The notes below the pieces were generated by a model. The model ran no database searches. It saw only the letters and a list, made by a program, of their open reading frames with translations, and was not told the origin of the DNA. This document shows, in pieces, positions 1 through 16,790 of a stretch of DNA of 64,000 nucleotides. Numbering within the stretch: the stretch's first letter is position 1; each line of letters opens with the position of its first letter. The position numbers and the translations under genes were made by a program. Source of the stretch: Eledone cirrhosa (Eukaryota); assembly GCA_964016885.1 (NCBI GenBank), contig OZ024751.1, positions 28,024,001-28,088,000 on the forward strand. Direction: 5' to 3'.

Positions 1-190
1 CATGCATATTGACACACACACACCATCACACACATATATATATACATACGCACAAACATACATACACATGCATATACACACATACACATACATAACCATA
101 CTACTAGTGTTGTATGTGTATACACGCTTATTGGTTCTCAGGGCAAAGAATGCATAAAGATATATGTCCATACACACACATACACAAAAT

Positions 191-311
<121 letters not shown>

Positions 312-592
312 CGTATATGTGTGCGTGTATATGTGTGTACTGAAACACACATAAACACGCACTCGCCTACACAACGAGTGCATTGTCTTGTGCACGCATA
401 CAAAGTAACACATTTACTTATATTTATGCATGAATACACACCTGCAGAATTATAGAGGCGTCTGCGTGCACCCATCTACTTATGTACTCAATCTAATGCA
501 GGCATGTGTCTCTCTTTTCTCTATATTTTTCTCTTTGTCTTCCTCTTTTCTCACCTTCTCTCACGACTTCCACATACATTCACGCGCGCACA

Positions 593-633
<41 letters not shown>

Positions 634-654
634 ACACTCACACACATATGGAGG

Positions 655-785
655 TAGCCGGCCAAAATGGTTTGACTGTGACTCACGAACGCAATGTTGA
701 GGATTCGATTACTGAACCGGGTGGTCCTTGAAAAAGACTCTTCATTTCACATTTTTTTACAATCCATTTAGCTAACTCTGAGAAA
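655..785 (+). mobile_element. SINE family 2, degraded
   Basis: Degenerate tRNA-like head plus GTCCTTGAAAAAGACTCTTCATTTCAC. Confidence 0.5.
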
Positions 786-884
786 AGTGCCTCATCCCGT
801 CACTTAACCCCAATGACTGCCGAATAAACACCGGTCCGAGTCATAAACTCAGAAACGTATATTATGCATTTAGCTATATTTTCC

Positions 885-1525
885 ATCAACATTTTCAAAA
901 AGTAGTAGAAAATATTTCTTAAAACTTTTTCCTGAAAATTACACCGAAATATTTCACAAAATTTCATAAAAGATTTCACGAACATTTCACCAAAGATTTT
1001 CCTGAAATTCTTTCAAGAAATTTCCTTGATATTTAATAAGAAATATTTAGCAAAATGTTTAAAACATTTTCCTTGAAATTTTCACAAATATTTTCTTCAA
1101 AATTTCTTAAAAACTTTACATACAAATTTTCCTCAAAATTTTCACAAAATATTTCAATAATTTTAAAAAGTTTTCTTAAAGATTTCACCGTAAAATTCTT
1201 CAAAATGTCACCAAAAATTTTTCTAAAAATGTTTTCAAAATTTTCTCAAAAATCTACTTCAAATTTTTTTAAAAGGTTCTCCTGTAAACTTTTCGAAAAT
1301 ATTTACTTCACGAATTTTTCTCAAAACTTAAAAAATTTTTCTGAATATGTTCATTAAAAAATCTCTCGAAAACTTAATGAAAAATTTAGAAAATTTTCAA
1401 CAAAATTCAAAAATAAATCATAAAAAATCTTTTCAAATTTTTTTCTTCAGCTTTCTCAAAACTTTTCTTAAAAACGTTGATAAAATTTTCCCCAAAATGT
1501 TTTCGAAATTTTTCATTTTTACATT
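885..1525. repeat. Degenerate AT-rich short-period satellite (TTTTC/AAAA units)
   Basis: Recurrent AAAATTTTC/TTCTCAAAA-like units. Confidence 0.6.
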
Positions 1526-1829
1526 TGAAAAGCGGGTTTTAATCCTGAAATATATTGAAATGTACTGGGTTACTTTGTTCTATTTGTCATCTTTTGTCCT
1601 TTATGTATTTCTACCGTATTGTACCGGCTTTCTGAAACTTATCAGTCATTATATATATTTGAAAAGTTTAAGTTGCAAATGGAACTAAAAAGGCGTTAAT
1701 GCTAATTATTCTATTCTTTGTATTCAGCTCGATTTAAGTACGAATCTAACTGCTTTGATGTTGCGTTGGTTTTTGTTTTTTTCTTTCATTGTTATATGTC
1801 TTTTACGTTAATCACCAGGTCGTTGCCGC

Positions 1830-2425
1830 TGTGGTGGTGATGGTGGTGGTAGTGGTGGTAGTGGTGGTGGTAGTGGTGGTGGTAGTGGTGGTGGTGGTGG
1901 TAGTGGTGGTGGTGGTGGTGCTGGTGGTAGTGGTGGTAGTGGTGGTGATGGTGGTAGTAGTGGTGGTGGTGGTGGTAGTGGTGGTGGTAGTGGTGGTGGT
2001 AGTGGTGGTGGTAGTGGTGGTGATGGTGGTGGTGGTGGTGGTAGTGGTGGTGGTAGTGGTGGTGGTGGTAGTGGTGGTGGTAGTGGTGGTGGTGGTAGTG
2101 GTGGTAGTGTGGTTGGTGGTGGTAGTGCTGGTGGTGGTGGTGGTGGTAGTGGTGGTGGTGGTGGTAGTGGTGGTGGTGGTGGTGGTGGTAGTGGTGGTGG
2201 TGGTAGTGGTGGTGGTGGTGGTAGTGGTGGTGGTGGTAGTGGTGGTGGTAGTGATGGTGGTAGTGGTGGTGGTGGTAGTGGTGGTAGTGGTGGTGGTGGT
2301 GGTGGTAGTGGTGGTGGTAATGGTGGTGGTGGTAGTAGTGGTGGTGGTAGTGGTGGTGGTGGTGGTGGTGGTGGTGGTGGTGGTGGTTGTGATGGCGACG
2401 GCGTTGGTGGTAGTGATGGAGGTGG
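1830..2425. repeat. (GGT/AGT)n trinucleotide array
   Basis: Seen directly. Similar arrays at 17705-17950, 43700-44450 and 52765-54160. Confidence 0.95.
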
Positions 2426-2530
2426 TTGTCGTCTCATCATCATCATCATTATCAACAACATCCGCATCTGTAGTAGCAGCAGCAGCATAGCAGCAAAAGC
2501 AGCATTAAGTAAGAAAGTTTTGTCAACCGG

Positions 2531-2633
<103 letters not shown>

Positions 2634-2726
2634 ATATATGTATAATATATATATTATACATATATATACATCCATCCATATATATATATATATATATATA
2701 TATTACACATATATATACATACATAC

Positions 2727-2774
<48 letters not shown>

Positions 2775-3318
2775 GTATAATATATATATATACACGTACA
2801 CACACACATATATATATATGTATATAAACATATATATATAAATATGTATATATATATATATATATATATGTGTGTACACACATATATATATATTTATATA
2901 TATATATGTGTGTACACACATATATATATATTTATATATATATATATATATATATATGAATATATATATACATTATAGTGATATTTACAGTATATACACA
3001 CACATATATATATATGTAATATCTATGGTCATGGTTGGTGGGAGGTGTACAGTCGTGACATAACTGAATCTCACAATGTGTGTGTGTGTGTGGCCGTACG
3101 TGTGTGTGCGCATGCTCTAGTCTGTGTGTGTTTGTGTGCGTGCGTATGTGTCCATGCGTATGTGCTAGTCTGTATGTCTGTGTGTGTGTATTTGACTTTC
3201 CGTGTACGTCTCTGTCTATGCGTGTGTGTGTGTGTGTAGGTATCAGTATGTATGTGCCTGTGTCACGGTATGTGTAGGTGTGTGTTTTTATGTACATGTT
3301 TTTTATTTGCACGCACAT

Positions 3319-3361
<43 letters not shown>

Positions 3362-3796
3362 AACACATACACATGCATACTTATATAAATAATATACACC
3401 ATAATTATAATACATGCAATGACCCACACAAACTCACACGCGCACACATGCATACGTATACTTACATGCTCATGCATATATAATTATATATATATTATAT
3501 AAACACCTATATATATATATACATAACCACATACATACACATATACATATATGTACACATACATATACATATACATGCATGTACACTTACATATATAGTT
3601 GTATTACATGCACTGACACACACTGAAACGCACACACACACACTCGTGTGCACGCATACATACATGCTTAACTATTCGTTCGTATGTGTTAGGCCAACTA
3701 CAATTAAGATCACCTAGGCAGCCGTCTAAGGCACAGGCGTTAGAGAGACGCATTACTTAACCCTAAATAAAACCCCTTTAAAACATGTAAACTAAC

Positions 3797-3880
3797 CGTA
3801 TTTCCCGGCGTAGAAGACACTACTTTTTTTCCTAAAATAAGTCTCAAAAATCTACCATGCGTCCTGGAGGCCGAAGGTTG
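3797..3880 (+). mobile_element. Probable Tc1/mariner-pogo (Tc2-like) terminal fragment
   Basis: CCGTATTTCCCGGCGTAGAAGAC resembles Tc2-type TIRs. No partner TIR seen. Confidence 0.45.
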
Positions 3881-4379
3881 TTATCTTGTCCTACTTTTTC
3901 AGGTACCCCTTATATATTTTAGTGGCTTTATTGTCTTGCTTGGAATTCTGTCCTTGTCTTCTCCTCCACCTTTTTCAGTAATTCCTTACACTTTAGCAAC
4001 TTTTGCCTTGGTTGGAGGAAGCGAAAAACAAAAATATCACAAGCAATATTCTAAAGGTTTTGCCAATTTACTACCCTGAACTGGTACGTTAACTGTCGAT
4101 CACGAATGGAAGAAAGACAAAGGCGTCTCCGGGGGTGAAATTTGAACTCAGAGCGCGCGAATAGCACAAGAGATACTTCATTCATCACTCTAACAACTGT
4201 GCCAATTTAATTTGATTTTGTTGAATTTGTTTTACTTTTTTTTCCGATTCCACGTTTTGGAGATTCGCAATAACGTTGTTGTGCTGTTTGGCTGTGAAAT
4301 TCTCTTTGACACAATGGGAACTTACTCCTTCAAACAGGAATATGTAAACTAGAACCTTTTCTGAGAGATATATGTATAT

Positions 4380-4469
<90 letters not shown>

Positions 4470-4600
4470 ACACACACACACACACACACACGTATATATA
4501 TATATATCATCATCATCATCTATATATATATATCATCATCATCATAAATATATATATATATATAAACATATATATATATATATGCATGCAGGTTTGTGTG

Positions 4601-4684
<84 letters not shown>

Positions 4685-5242
4685 TATGCATGCAGGTTTG
4701 TGTGTATATATATATATATATGCACACACATATTATAGACACTAATACATTCACTTACATGCGTATACTCACTCACCTATACATATATTTATATAGGGTA
4801 AAAAAAAAAAAAATGATTTTCAAACATGTATTAGAGTTTGCATAGTTTATTAATTTTTTATTTTTTTATTTAATATTCATTTGAAGTATGCTTAGATATG
4901 TATATAAAAAAACATGGCTGCCGTTGACGTATTGGTCTGTTCTTCAAAGAGATTTCATTGGAAAACTCTCTTTGAATAAACAGTACTTGAGAAAACATTA
5001 TTATAGTTATGTTATCAGAAACCTTCTTTTTCCAACATTCGTTCATATATTCTTTCATTCTGTCACATTTTCATTCCTTTATTCATTAATTCAGCTATTC
5101 TATTCTTGTTCTTGCTTTTCTTTCTTTCAGTTCTTCTTTCCTTCTCGTTTCTCGTACCCTTTCCGTTTCGTTTGTATGTTTGTATGTTTGTATGTTTGTA
5201 TGTTTGTATGTTTGGATGTATGTTTGTTGTTGATTTCTGTTG

Positions 5243-5373
<131 letters not shown>

Positions 5374-5427
5374 TATACATATATATATATACATATATAT
5401 ATATGTATAAATATATATATGTATATA

Positions 5428-5461
<34 letters not shown>

Positions 5462-5553
5462 CATATATAAATATGTATATATATCTATATATATATATGT
5501 TATATGTATATATATATATGTATATATATATATGCATATATATATATGTATGT

Positions 5554-5623
<70 letters not shown>

Positions 5624-6364
5624 GTGTGTGTGTGTATATATATATAATTCAAAAAAAGGCAAGACATACACCGAGATGCAAATAGATATATACATATATA
5701 CATACATATATATACATATTTACATATATACATACATATATATACATACATACATATATATACATGCATATATATATATATATTCTTTTCATTTGACGAT
5801 TCCAAGTTTTGGAGATTTTTGGTGTATATTTTATTATTTTCAAATGTTTGTTTGTTGTTTATATTTGTTGTTGTTGTTGCTGTTGAGTTTGGCTGTGAAA
5901 TTGTCTTCGACACAATGTGAACGTGTTTCTTCAAACAGAAATATGTAAACTAGAACCTTTTTCTAAATAAAATGTAAATGAAAAAAATATATATACATCT
6001 ATATAGAAATAAAATAAAATAAAATTAAAATATATAGAAAATAAAAAAAAAATCCCTGATACGTATTTTAATGGCGAAATTGTTTATTTATTTATTTATT
6101 TACTTATTTATTTATTTATTTATTTGATAGTTATTTGTTTATGTCCTGTGTGTTTATTTTTCTGTGTGTGTGTATGTCATATTTTGTCTGTTTTCATTAT
6201 TCCTAAGTTTCGACTGAAAACTCAGCTTTTCATACACAGAACTACGTATCTTGTCATTATCATAAACTCTCGCTATTTCGCAAAGACTGTAATGTTAGCG
6301 GTCATTCGACCAATGTTGTATGTGTCATGTGATGTGTCAATTGATGCCAACTACTGGATCACGG

Positions 6365-6640
6365 GTTATGTCCTTCGTAATGAAGTATGTTAGTGAATAC
6401 GCAGGCATGGCAGTGTGGTTAACAAATTCGCTTCGCAATCATAAGTTCCCGACTCTATGTCCTTCGTAACGAAGTATATTATTTAATACGCAGGCATGGC
6501 TGTGTGGTTAAGAAGTTTGCTTCACAATCATGAGTTCTCGGATCTATGTTCTTCATAATAAAGTATGTTATTTAATACGCAGGCATGGCTGTGTGGTTAA
6601 CAAGTTCGCTTCGCAATCATGAGTTCCTGGCTCTATCCCA
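6365..6640 (+). repeat. Three tandem ~90-bp copies of a tRNA-like SINE head plus flank
   Basis: AATACGCAGGCATGGC(T/A)GTGTGGTTAA repeated at ~6396, ~6485 and ~6574. Confidence 0.8.
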
Positions 6641-6917
6641 GCCCGATTCCAATTCGTGGCATTTTGGACAATGATGTGGTGTTAGTGTTATTTATACCGA
6701 GTCTCAAACACAATAGTTTCTAGATGTTAGTGGAAATTAATTCTTAAACCTAGCTGACTGGAAACTTCTCTAAACTACTGGTGTCAGTTTCAGATGTTGG
6801 TATCACAATTGTGTACATACGAAAAATAAAGTACCAGTTAAAAACTAGGGTAGATATAATCGGCATTCCTCTTCACCGAATTGCTGGCCTTGTGTCAATG
6901 TTAGAAATTATAAAGAC

Positions 6918-7135
6918 AGTGGGGGTTTGGCAGAATCGGTAGAGTGTCGGACAACATGCTTTGTGGTATTTAGTTACGACTTTCTACGTTCTGAGTTCAA
7001 ACTCTGCCAAGGTCAACTTCGTGTTTTATCATTTCCAGGGTCGATAAAATATAGTAAGAGTTAAGTGCAGGGGCCGATATAATCAACTTTCCCTTTCCCC
7101 AAATAGCTGGCCCTGTGCCAATATTAGAAATAACT
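6918..7135 (+). mobile_element. tRNA-derived SINE family 1 (Nin/Deu-like central domain), diverged
   Basis: A-box TGGCAGAATCGG, B-box GTTCAAACT, central GGGTCGATAAAAT. Confidence 0.75.
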
Positions 7136-7144
7136 ATTTTAATA

Positions 7145-7362
7145 ATAATTTCTACTATGGGCACAAGGCCAGCATATTTGGGGGCGGGGAAAGTCGATTA
7201 AATCGACCCCAGTGCGTGACAGGTACTTTATTTTATCGACCCCGTAAAGATGAAAGGCAAAGCTAACCCCAGCGGGATTTGAATACAGAATATAAAAGAC
7301 CGTAATTCTATGCTGCAAAGCATGTTGTCCGACGCTCAACTGATACTGCCACTCCACCGCCA
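7145..7362 (-). mobile_element. SINE family 1
   Basis: Reverse complement of the family consensus CTTTGCCTTTCATC...GGGGTCGATAAAATAAAGTACC. Tail-to-tail with the previous copy. Confidence 0.85.
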
Positions 7363-8025
7363 TTTTAATAATATAATAATAACTCTCTTGGGCAGTAAGA
7401 TCTAATCCGTTACCCTTGAGTACAAACAGTAGGGTTCAAACTCTGAAAGTAATTAAAGAATATCACGTGGCCTGCCAGTCCTTATTTGACCAAGACATAT
7501 AAAAATAACAACAACAGCAACTACAACAACAGGAAAAGAAATAAAAGCAAAACACAAAAACAACAACAAAAAAACAGTTATTTTTGGAAAAAAGAAAGAA
7601 AGAAAACACAGTAACTCATTGGCCAGATAAAGTTGTTCTCTTTGATGTGATCATAAAATAAAAATACTGATAGATCAGTTGAGAGGAAAGAGAAGATTGC
7701 AACTGTGTGAAGTTGACTTTGACACTTATAAACGTGTGTTTAAAGAGTATTTGCTGATCACCATACAACATGAAAGAATGAGCATCCATGAAAAACGAAC
7801 AACTTGTATTTAATTAAGTGGAAGGGAGAATGGTTGGTTAACATACATAAGGGAGGATGGTTGGTTAACATACATAATGAGCAGAGAATGGAAATACGAG
7901 TATATTTCTAAATTTATCTAAAATAAGTAAAAATAATAAACACTCCTTAGTGAAGAGAAACTGACAATCGTTGTAATAGTGTTAGTGACTAACTCTTGTC
8001 ATGACAAGCGAGGGAGACAACTCCG

Positions 8026-8113
<88 letters not shown>

Positions 8114-8700
8114 CTCACACCCACCCACACACACACATAGTCATACACAGACACAATGAAAACAAAAAGTGAAGATCGGTGTCTAATCAGTTCATTGTTT
8201 TACGATCGTTTCAGAAGACTGATTGATCATGATACATTGTTAAAGCGACTGATAGTTATATACATATATATTGGAGTAACATGTAGCCACACAACCGAAT
8301 TTGGTATCAGAACTGAAAGCCTGTTGAGAAAGTAAATCCACTGTTCGATCTCCCAGAAACTTTACTTGCATACACTGCAAGCGGATTTTGTTGATTTCGG
8401 ATTTACAGAAACCTAATTGAGATATTGTAAAATATTCGAAGTGATGGTCCGGGTTTGTTATATGTATATATATATGTATATGTGTGGATATGTATGTATA
8501 TATATATATATATATATATAACGGAGGAAATGTGGTAAGGAACCAGGTGGACCATAACACACCAGAGTACTCAATACTTAGGGTAGTAGAGTGGGTAAAA
8601 TGACGGCTAAATGTGGACTAAATTTTTAGTCCAGATTTAGCCGTCGAAACGGCTTAAGCTCAGCCGTCGGGGTCCTACTCGTTCCTATATATATATATAT

Positions 8701-8886
8701 TTGTTTCTACTTTTGGCACAAGGCCAGCAATTACCCAGTGCATTACTGGTACTTTATTTTATCGACCCCGTAAGGATGAAAGGCAAAGTCAACCTCGGCA
8801 GGATTTGAACTCAGATCGTAAAGGGACGTAACTATGCTGGAAAGCATGGCGCCCGACCCTCTACCGATACTGCCAAACGACCGCCC
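8701..8886 (-). mobile_element. SINE family 1
   Basis: Full head, core and tail on the minus strand. Confidence 0.85.
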
Positions 8887-9619
<733 letters not shown>

Positions 9620-10382
9620 TTATTTATTTTCATATTTTGTATTATCTTGTATCATCCTCGATGTAACTTGTTTATTTATTTATTTACATTTATTCATGTA
9701 TTAACATTTATTAATTTATTGTTGATATCATTATTTTCCCTCTATTTTTCTTTTTCTCTACCTTTATTTCTCCTTTATCCTTTTCTCTCCTCTTGCTCTC
9801 CTCCTTTCTCTATGTCTTTTTTCCTCTCTATATCTTTCTCTGTTTTCCTTTCTCCTTTTTCTTTTTCCTTTTTCTTTCTTTCTTTTATCTATCTCTCTTT
9901 CTTGTTTTCTCTTTCTATCTTTATTATTAATATTATTAATGATGCTGTAATTTGAATTTGTAAATTTACCGGATATTTTGTAGTTGTCTCTGATGATCTG
10001 ATTAAGCTAACATTGTATTTTTCTCTTACGTCATTTCTCCTCTATCCTTTCTGCTTCTCTCCCCTCTCACTTCCTCCCGTCTGACCTGCTTGAATTTCTT
10101 TCCTTTCTCAATCTTCTCGCGGCTCGGACGTGTCTATTTCTCCTCGTCAATTTGATATGTCGGGCTTAAGCCCACATGATTCATTGACTTGTCTCTATTT
10201 TCCTCTCTTTACGTTGCATACCACCATGTGTTTGTTTCCTTCCCTCTGTTTTTCCACTGTCCCGATAACGTAATTGAGTTATCGCTCGCACTGATTTTAG
10301 GTATCTAGTCTTTAATGCGTCGAAATACCAACGATAATCAGCAAACTACTGAAGAGGACATTTTAACTCTTGTCTATTTTTA

Positions 10383-10430
<48 letters not shown>

Positions 10431-11180
10431 AAACGTGAACGCTCATCGTCGAAACCAATGGAGATCCAGTGACTTTATGTACTTTCTATGTAAATCTATA
10501 GAAGTAAAATTCTAATTCTTGTTGCAAGATTCCTTGAGGTGAAATATCTATTCAGATACACACACACATATAATATATAACATACATACAAATCTACATG
10601 CAAACATACACACTCATGCATACATACGCACAAAATACCTACACACACACACATATGTATATATATATACATACACACACATACATTCATACATTCATAC
10701 ATACATACATATATACATACATATATTCCACGTATACATAGACTCACACCAACCAACGCATACAGAAACATGTAAATGCGATACAACACATTACTCATTA
10801 CACATAATACATAAAAAAAATGGCGTCACACATTTTGTTGTTCGCAGACTACTGCCTCCTAGCGGTCGCTGTTTAAATTACTAAAGAACATTGAACTTTC
10901 CACAAGCTTTTGTAACGGAAACAAATAGACAAAATTCTATGTATTCCGCTTAAATAGTTGGCAATAGTACAAGAAAAAGAGTGGAATAAGCGACCGGGGG
11001 ATGTGTTATTCTCTGCAGACGATAAAATTCTTTAACAACACAGGTGCTAATAGAAGAACAGAGGTTTCAAATGAGGGGGAATAATTCAGTTTAAAAGATC
11101 ACTGCAGGGGAAATAGTTATGGGATTATGTGAAGTAAACACACCTTCTTTGGGTGGGGGTTATCAAATGTTCCTATAGCT

Positions 11181-11212
<32 letters not shown>

Positions 11213-11369
11213 TGTATGTATGTATGTATGTATGTATGTATGTATGTATGTATGTATGCATGTATGTATATATGTATGTTAGTGTATGCATATGTTTGCA
11301 TGCATATCTATAAGTACACATACACAGAATCAGACACACACACACACAATATATATATATATATATATA

Positions 11370-12108
11370 TAAATTACACAATAATCAAAACTATGTTCAA
11401 ATCATTTTATTGTTGACAATCGTTTCTTGCAAACTTTCGTTTGGAATCAACGGAGCACTAGCAAAGTTTGGACATATAATTAACTTCCTATTCAACTGAA
11501 CAATCATATAGATACATGGATATTAATGTTGTCATCAACAGTTTCGTATTTACAGAGTGGAATGGATGTGACAGAGATTACAAGAGAATTGTATAATAAT
11601 TAAAGAGGTACAGAGGGGAATGCATGTGACAGAGATTACAAGGGAATAGTCTAATAATTAAAGAGACATTAAGGTAGAAAGTTACTCGTAAAACGAGGAC
11701 ACTAGCAGTACATATGCAAGCGTATAGAGAGTGCAAATGCGTTAGGTATGTGCAGGACAGCAAGGTAGGAAACAAGCAATGGTACTAGGCATATATAATT
11801 ACTGTATGGCAAAGGTATCACATAAAATAACATAGGTTTACAAGCATATCAAGCAGGCAAAGATGTTTGTGTATTAAAATTATGAGTTTATGGTGGATGT
11901 AGTGTGATAATTATTTCTGTAATGTTCAAATGTACATGTGTTGAGAGTGTTAATATTATTGTTATCTTTTCCATTACATTGGTTATATTTTATTTTAGTG
12001 AATGTTTTTAATTAGTTACAGCTATGGATTGTATATTGGTTCTATTATACTGTTATCCAGGGTTCGAGTTGTTCTGGAGTGATTCTTCTAACGGTTTAAT
12101 TTCCGGAA

Positions 12109-12112
<4 letters not shown>
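11370..12112 (-). mobile_element. Second, diverged copy of the 3' non-coding region of the 56703-58843 PLE family
   Basis: Reverse complement is colinear with ~58095-58843 (shared CACTTCCGGAAATTAAACCGT, HHR and terminal segment). Flanked by (TA)n. Confidence 0.85.
11411..11457 (-). ncRNA. Degenerate hammerhead motif, family E
   Basis: ugcu CCGUUGA UUCCAAAC gaaa GUUUGCAA GAAA cgauug UC^ aaca. Confidence 0.5.
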
Positions 12113-12150
<38 letters not shown>

Positions 12151-12167
12151 ATATATATATATATATA

Positions 12168-12202
<35 letters not shown>

Positions 12203-12347
12203 GTTTATATATATATATATATATAGAAGTGGTTACAGGCAAACCATATTATTTTAAATTAGTATTTCTATGCCTAGCTAACTTGGTCATTTGCAATTCG
12301 AACACATGTATACTTGTATCAGTGTTCATCTCACTCATATATTCATT

Positions 12348-12407
<60 letters not shown>

Positions 12408-12446
12408 TAAATATATATATATTAGTAAATATATATATATATATAT

Positions 12447-12654
12447 ATATATTAGTAAAAAGGAAAAGAAAATGCTGACAAATTTTTCCCAGTGAAAAAT
12501 AGTTTAATTAGGAATAAGTATAAATTAGTAATAAGTATTGGTTAGTATTCAGTTTTAGTTTTAAGTTTTTACCGGTTGAACTATTTTTCACTGGGAAAAA
12601 TTTGTCAGCATTTCCTTTTCCTTTCTACTAATATATCACAACTCGTGTCACACC

Positions 12655-12660
<6 letters not shown>
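12447..12660. repeat. Inverted-arm element (family G)
   Basis: ~58-bp inverted arms 12447-12504 / 12579-12636 plus tail. Related to 45842-45968 and 59102-59228. Confidence 0.85.
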
Positions 12661-12685
<25 letters not shown>

Positions 12686-12687
12686 AA

Positions 12688-12729
<42 letters not shown>

Positions 12730-12834
12730 GTATATATATAAATACATGTATACATTTGTGAGTGTGATGGCGGGACGTGTGAGAAAACCTTTTTTTATAG
12801 AGACAATATGTGCACATACATATATATATGTATA

Positions 12835-12866
<32 letters not shown>

Positions 12867-13149
12867 ATGACAGGACGTGTGAGAAATCTTTCTCATTCAG
12901 ACAATAGGGACACACAGGGTCTTCTTTATTAGATAAACTGAAAATAAAGGAGTAATATAAAATAAATTAGGTTGTTGTTAATGTTACACTTGTTGTTGTT
13001 GGTGGTTGTGGCAGTGGTGTTGTTGTTTTTGTTGTAGTTGGTGGTAGTAGTTGTTGTATTGGTGTTGTTGTTGCTGTTTTTATTGGTGCCGGCATTGTTG
13101 TTAATGTTTTTGAAAATTTTATCGCCGTCGTTGATGTTGTTGCTGTTGC

Positions 13150-13186
<37 letters not shown>

Positions 13187-13188
13187 GC

Positions 13189-13219
<31 letters not shown>

Positions 13220-13343
13220 GAAATTGTTGCTTTTGTTATTGTTATTGAAATTGTTGTTATTGAAGTTGTTTCCGTTGTTTCCGTTGTTTCAGTTGTTGCT
13301 GTTGTTGTTATTATTGTTGTTGTTGTTGTTATTGTTGTTGGAG

Positions 13344-13377
<34 letters not shown>

Positions 13378-13826
13378 AGGTGAAGTTGTTGTGGCTGAAG
13401 TTGCTGTTGTTGTTGTTGTAGTTGTTGTCGCTGCTGCTGTTGTTTTTTTTAATGTTATTGTTGTTGCTGTTGTTGTTATTTTTCGGGATATTATTGCTGT
13501 TGTTATTGTTGTTGATGTTTTTGTTGTTGCAGTTGTTATATTATTTACGGTGTATAAAATATACTGAATGTAATATATATTGCATAAAACATTGCCTCTG
13601 TATAGAGCAACAACTGTATATACACAGTTGGTGCTGTATTACTCTAGTTATAATCGAAAACCGAGAAGAACTTCAGATAGTATGATCGTCTGCCATTCAT
13701 ATTTTATTAACGTTGTCGTCTATTTTACACACAGTAACATCGGAGTTTAATGATTTCGGTAACAGCTGAACAAATCACAAAAATACTTTGACTTAGACTA
13801 GACATTCCACATTACTACTAACGTAT

Positions 13827-13902
<76 letters not shown>

Positions 13903-14078
13903 ATATATTCATGCATATATACATGCATGTATACATACATACATATATGCTTTCTTACATACATACATTCATATATATATACATATGTATGTATTAAAAA
14001 ATATACAAATATACATGACATATATATATATTATGTATATTATGTATATTATGTATATTATGTATATGTCTACATGTA

Positions 14079-14137
<59 letters not shown>

Positions 14138-14188
14138 ATAATAATAAATTTGAAGACTAAAAAAACAGGGCTCGACTGTAATCTGTTA

Positions 14189-14229
<41 letters not shown>

Positions 14230-14230
14230 T

Positions 14231-14283
14231 GAAATTCTACAGGACTAGAACTGTTTCATTCTTTAGAAATCATCAGGAATCTC
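14231..14283 (-). ncRNA. Type I hammerhead motif, family A
   Basis: gagauuc CUGAUGA U UUC uaaa GAA U GAAA CAG uucuaguc CUG UA^ gaauuuc. 7-bp stem I. Confidence 0.75.
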
Positions 14284-14288
14284 TCTTC

Positions 14289-14361
<73 letters not shown>

Positions 14362-14369
14362 TATATAGA

Positions 14370-14420
<51 letters not shown>

Positions 14421-14694
14421 GAAGAGAGCTAATCTATATACATAGTCTGGTGTACTGAACTAAACACAGTGCATACATACATACATACATACATACATAC
14501 ATACATACATACATACATACATACATAAGCCCATTAATGTAAGTGCATATATTAAAGATACGTAGGTGTATATTATGCATAGAACTAGAAGGTATATTAG
14601 ATTCATCATATCTTCAACACACCTTCATGCATATATAATCCTATAATCTGCAAATGTTTTCCTTTTCCTTTGTAGACCAGCATACTTGTATATA

Positions 14695-14975
14695 CATACA
14701 TACTGGTCAAGAAGGCCGAGGGTGTCTTAGCATCACTCAGCAAGACCTTTGTCAACCGCTCTCCAGCTATCTATTTAAAGCTGTACATAGCTATGGTGCG
14801 GCCACACTTAGAATTTGCATCACCAGTCTGGAACCCTTAACTTGCTCAGAACATTGACCGCCTTGAAACTGTTCAGAGACGTGCAACCAAGCGAATACCC
14901 TCCTCCATCAGGCATCTACCATACTCTGAGCGCCTTGCTTCCCTGGGCATGGATACATTGAAGCTCCGACGTCTT
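14695..14975 (+). mobile_element. CR1/L2-like LINE ORF2 C-terminal fragment
   Basis: LKLYIAMVRPHLEFASPVWNP*...LETVQRRATKRIP...LPYSERLASLGMDTLKLRR, a typical CR1 post-RT motif with an internal stop. Confidence 0.85.
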
Positions 14976-15005
14976 AATTATGTGTGAGAATGCATATATA
15001 TATAT

Positions 15006-15503
<498 letters not shown>

Positions 15504-16380
15504 ATATATATATATATATATATATATACTGATTGTGTAGAGATAGTTGAAGTTTTTTATGACAGGATAGTGAGTTGCATAATATATACTGGAGTAATTG
15601 GAGTTATATACACAGTTGTTGTTGTTGTAGGTGAAGTTGTTGTGGCTGAAGTTGCTGTTGTTGTTGTTGTAGTTGTTGTCGCTGCTGCTGCTGTTGTCTG
15701 CTGTTTAGCTGGTGGTGTATATGAATATACGCATATTTGTAAGAGTGTATATGAACCTGTGTGTGTGTGTACAAGCACCCAGGTAGGGAAAGGGCTTTTG
15801 TGTGTATCTGTGCGAGCGAGTGTGTATCTGTGTGTGTATATATGTATATGGGCACGTGTGTATATATGTGTGTGCGTGGGTGAAGGGGGGGGGGGGGGTC
15901 TATGTATATGTCTGTACTTGTTTGTGTGTACGGGTATATATACGCGTATGCATGTGTATGAACATGTGTGTGTGTGTATGTTGATGTATATAGGCATATG
16001 GGCATGTGTCTGTGTGTGTACGTGCCTCTCTGGATGCATGTATGCGTAGGTTTATATGTTTATATATTCTCCTTAAATGTGTGTATATAGCGCGAAGAGG
16101 ATGAAGTTTTATACGGTACTGGCCCAGAGGGTCAGATACCCCAGTGAGAGAATATGCTCCGAAATCATTAAACGTGTCCGTCGAACCTGCGGGTCCAGAT
16201 TCAGACAGATCCACACAATGATGGCGCCTCGAGCTGTCCGTCGGCGAAACAATTGTAACACACAATAAATTGAGTTCAGATGCATCACTGATTTTTCGTT
16301 TTCTATTCTATCATACTCTGCTCTGTAAGAGTATAGAGTGCTCAACCGGCATACCGCCTATGGAAGCATCTTAGCTACCA

Positions 16381-16552
<172 letters not shown>

Positions 16553-16790
16553 ATTCATATATATGCAAATATACACACATATATACATATATACATATAT
16601 ATAGGTGTGGGTCGGCGGGGGAAGCATATTTATCTCTCAAGTTTAGGCGTTGCTGTGAGTCTGGAGTGTTAGTCAATACTAGCGTTAGTCCAATTTTAGT
16701 CCACACCAAACATTTGTAAGTTTGTTTTTCGATTGACTTTGGAAATCTAAATAGAATTGTCGTCAGTCTTCAGATGTAGGTCTCCCCTCC

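Noticed and set aside
10345-10470. CTGAAGAG-GAC...(TA)n...GTC-GAAA as an HHR with a microsatellite in loop II
   Set aside because: No UH after the putative stem III and no stem I complement. Possibly decayed, but not supportable.
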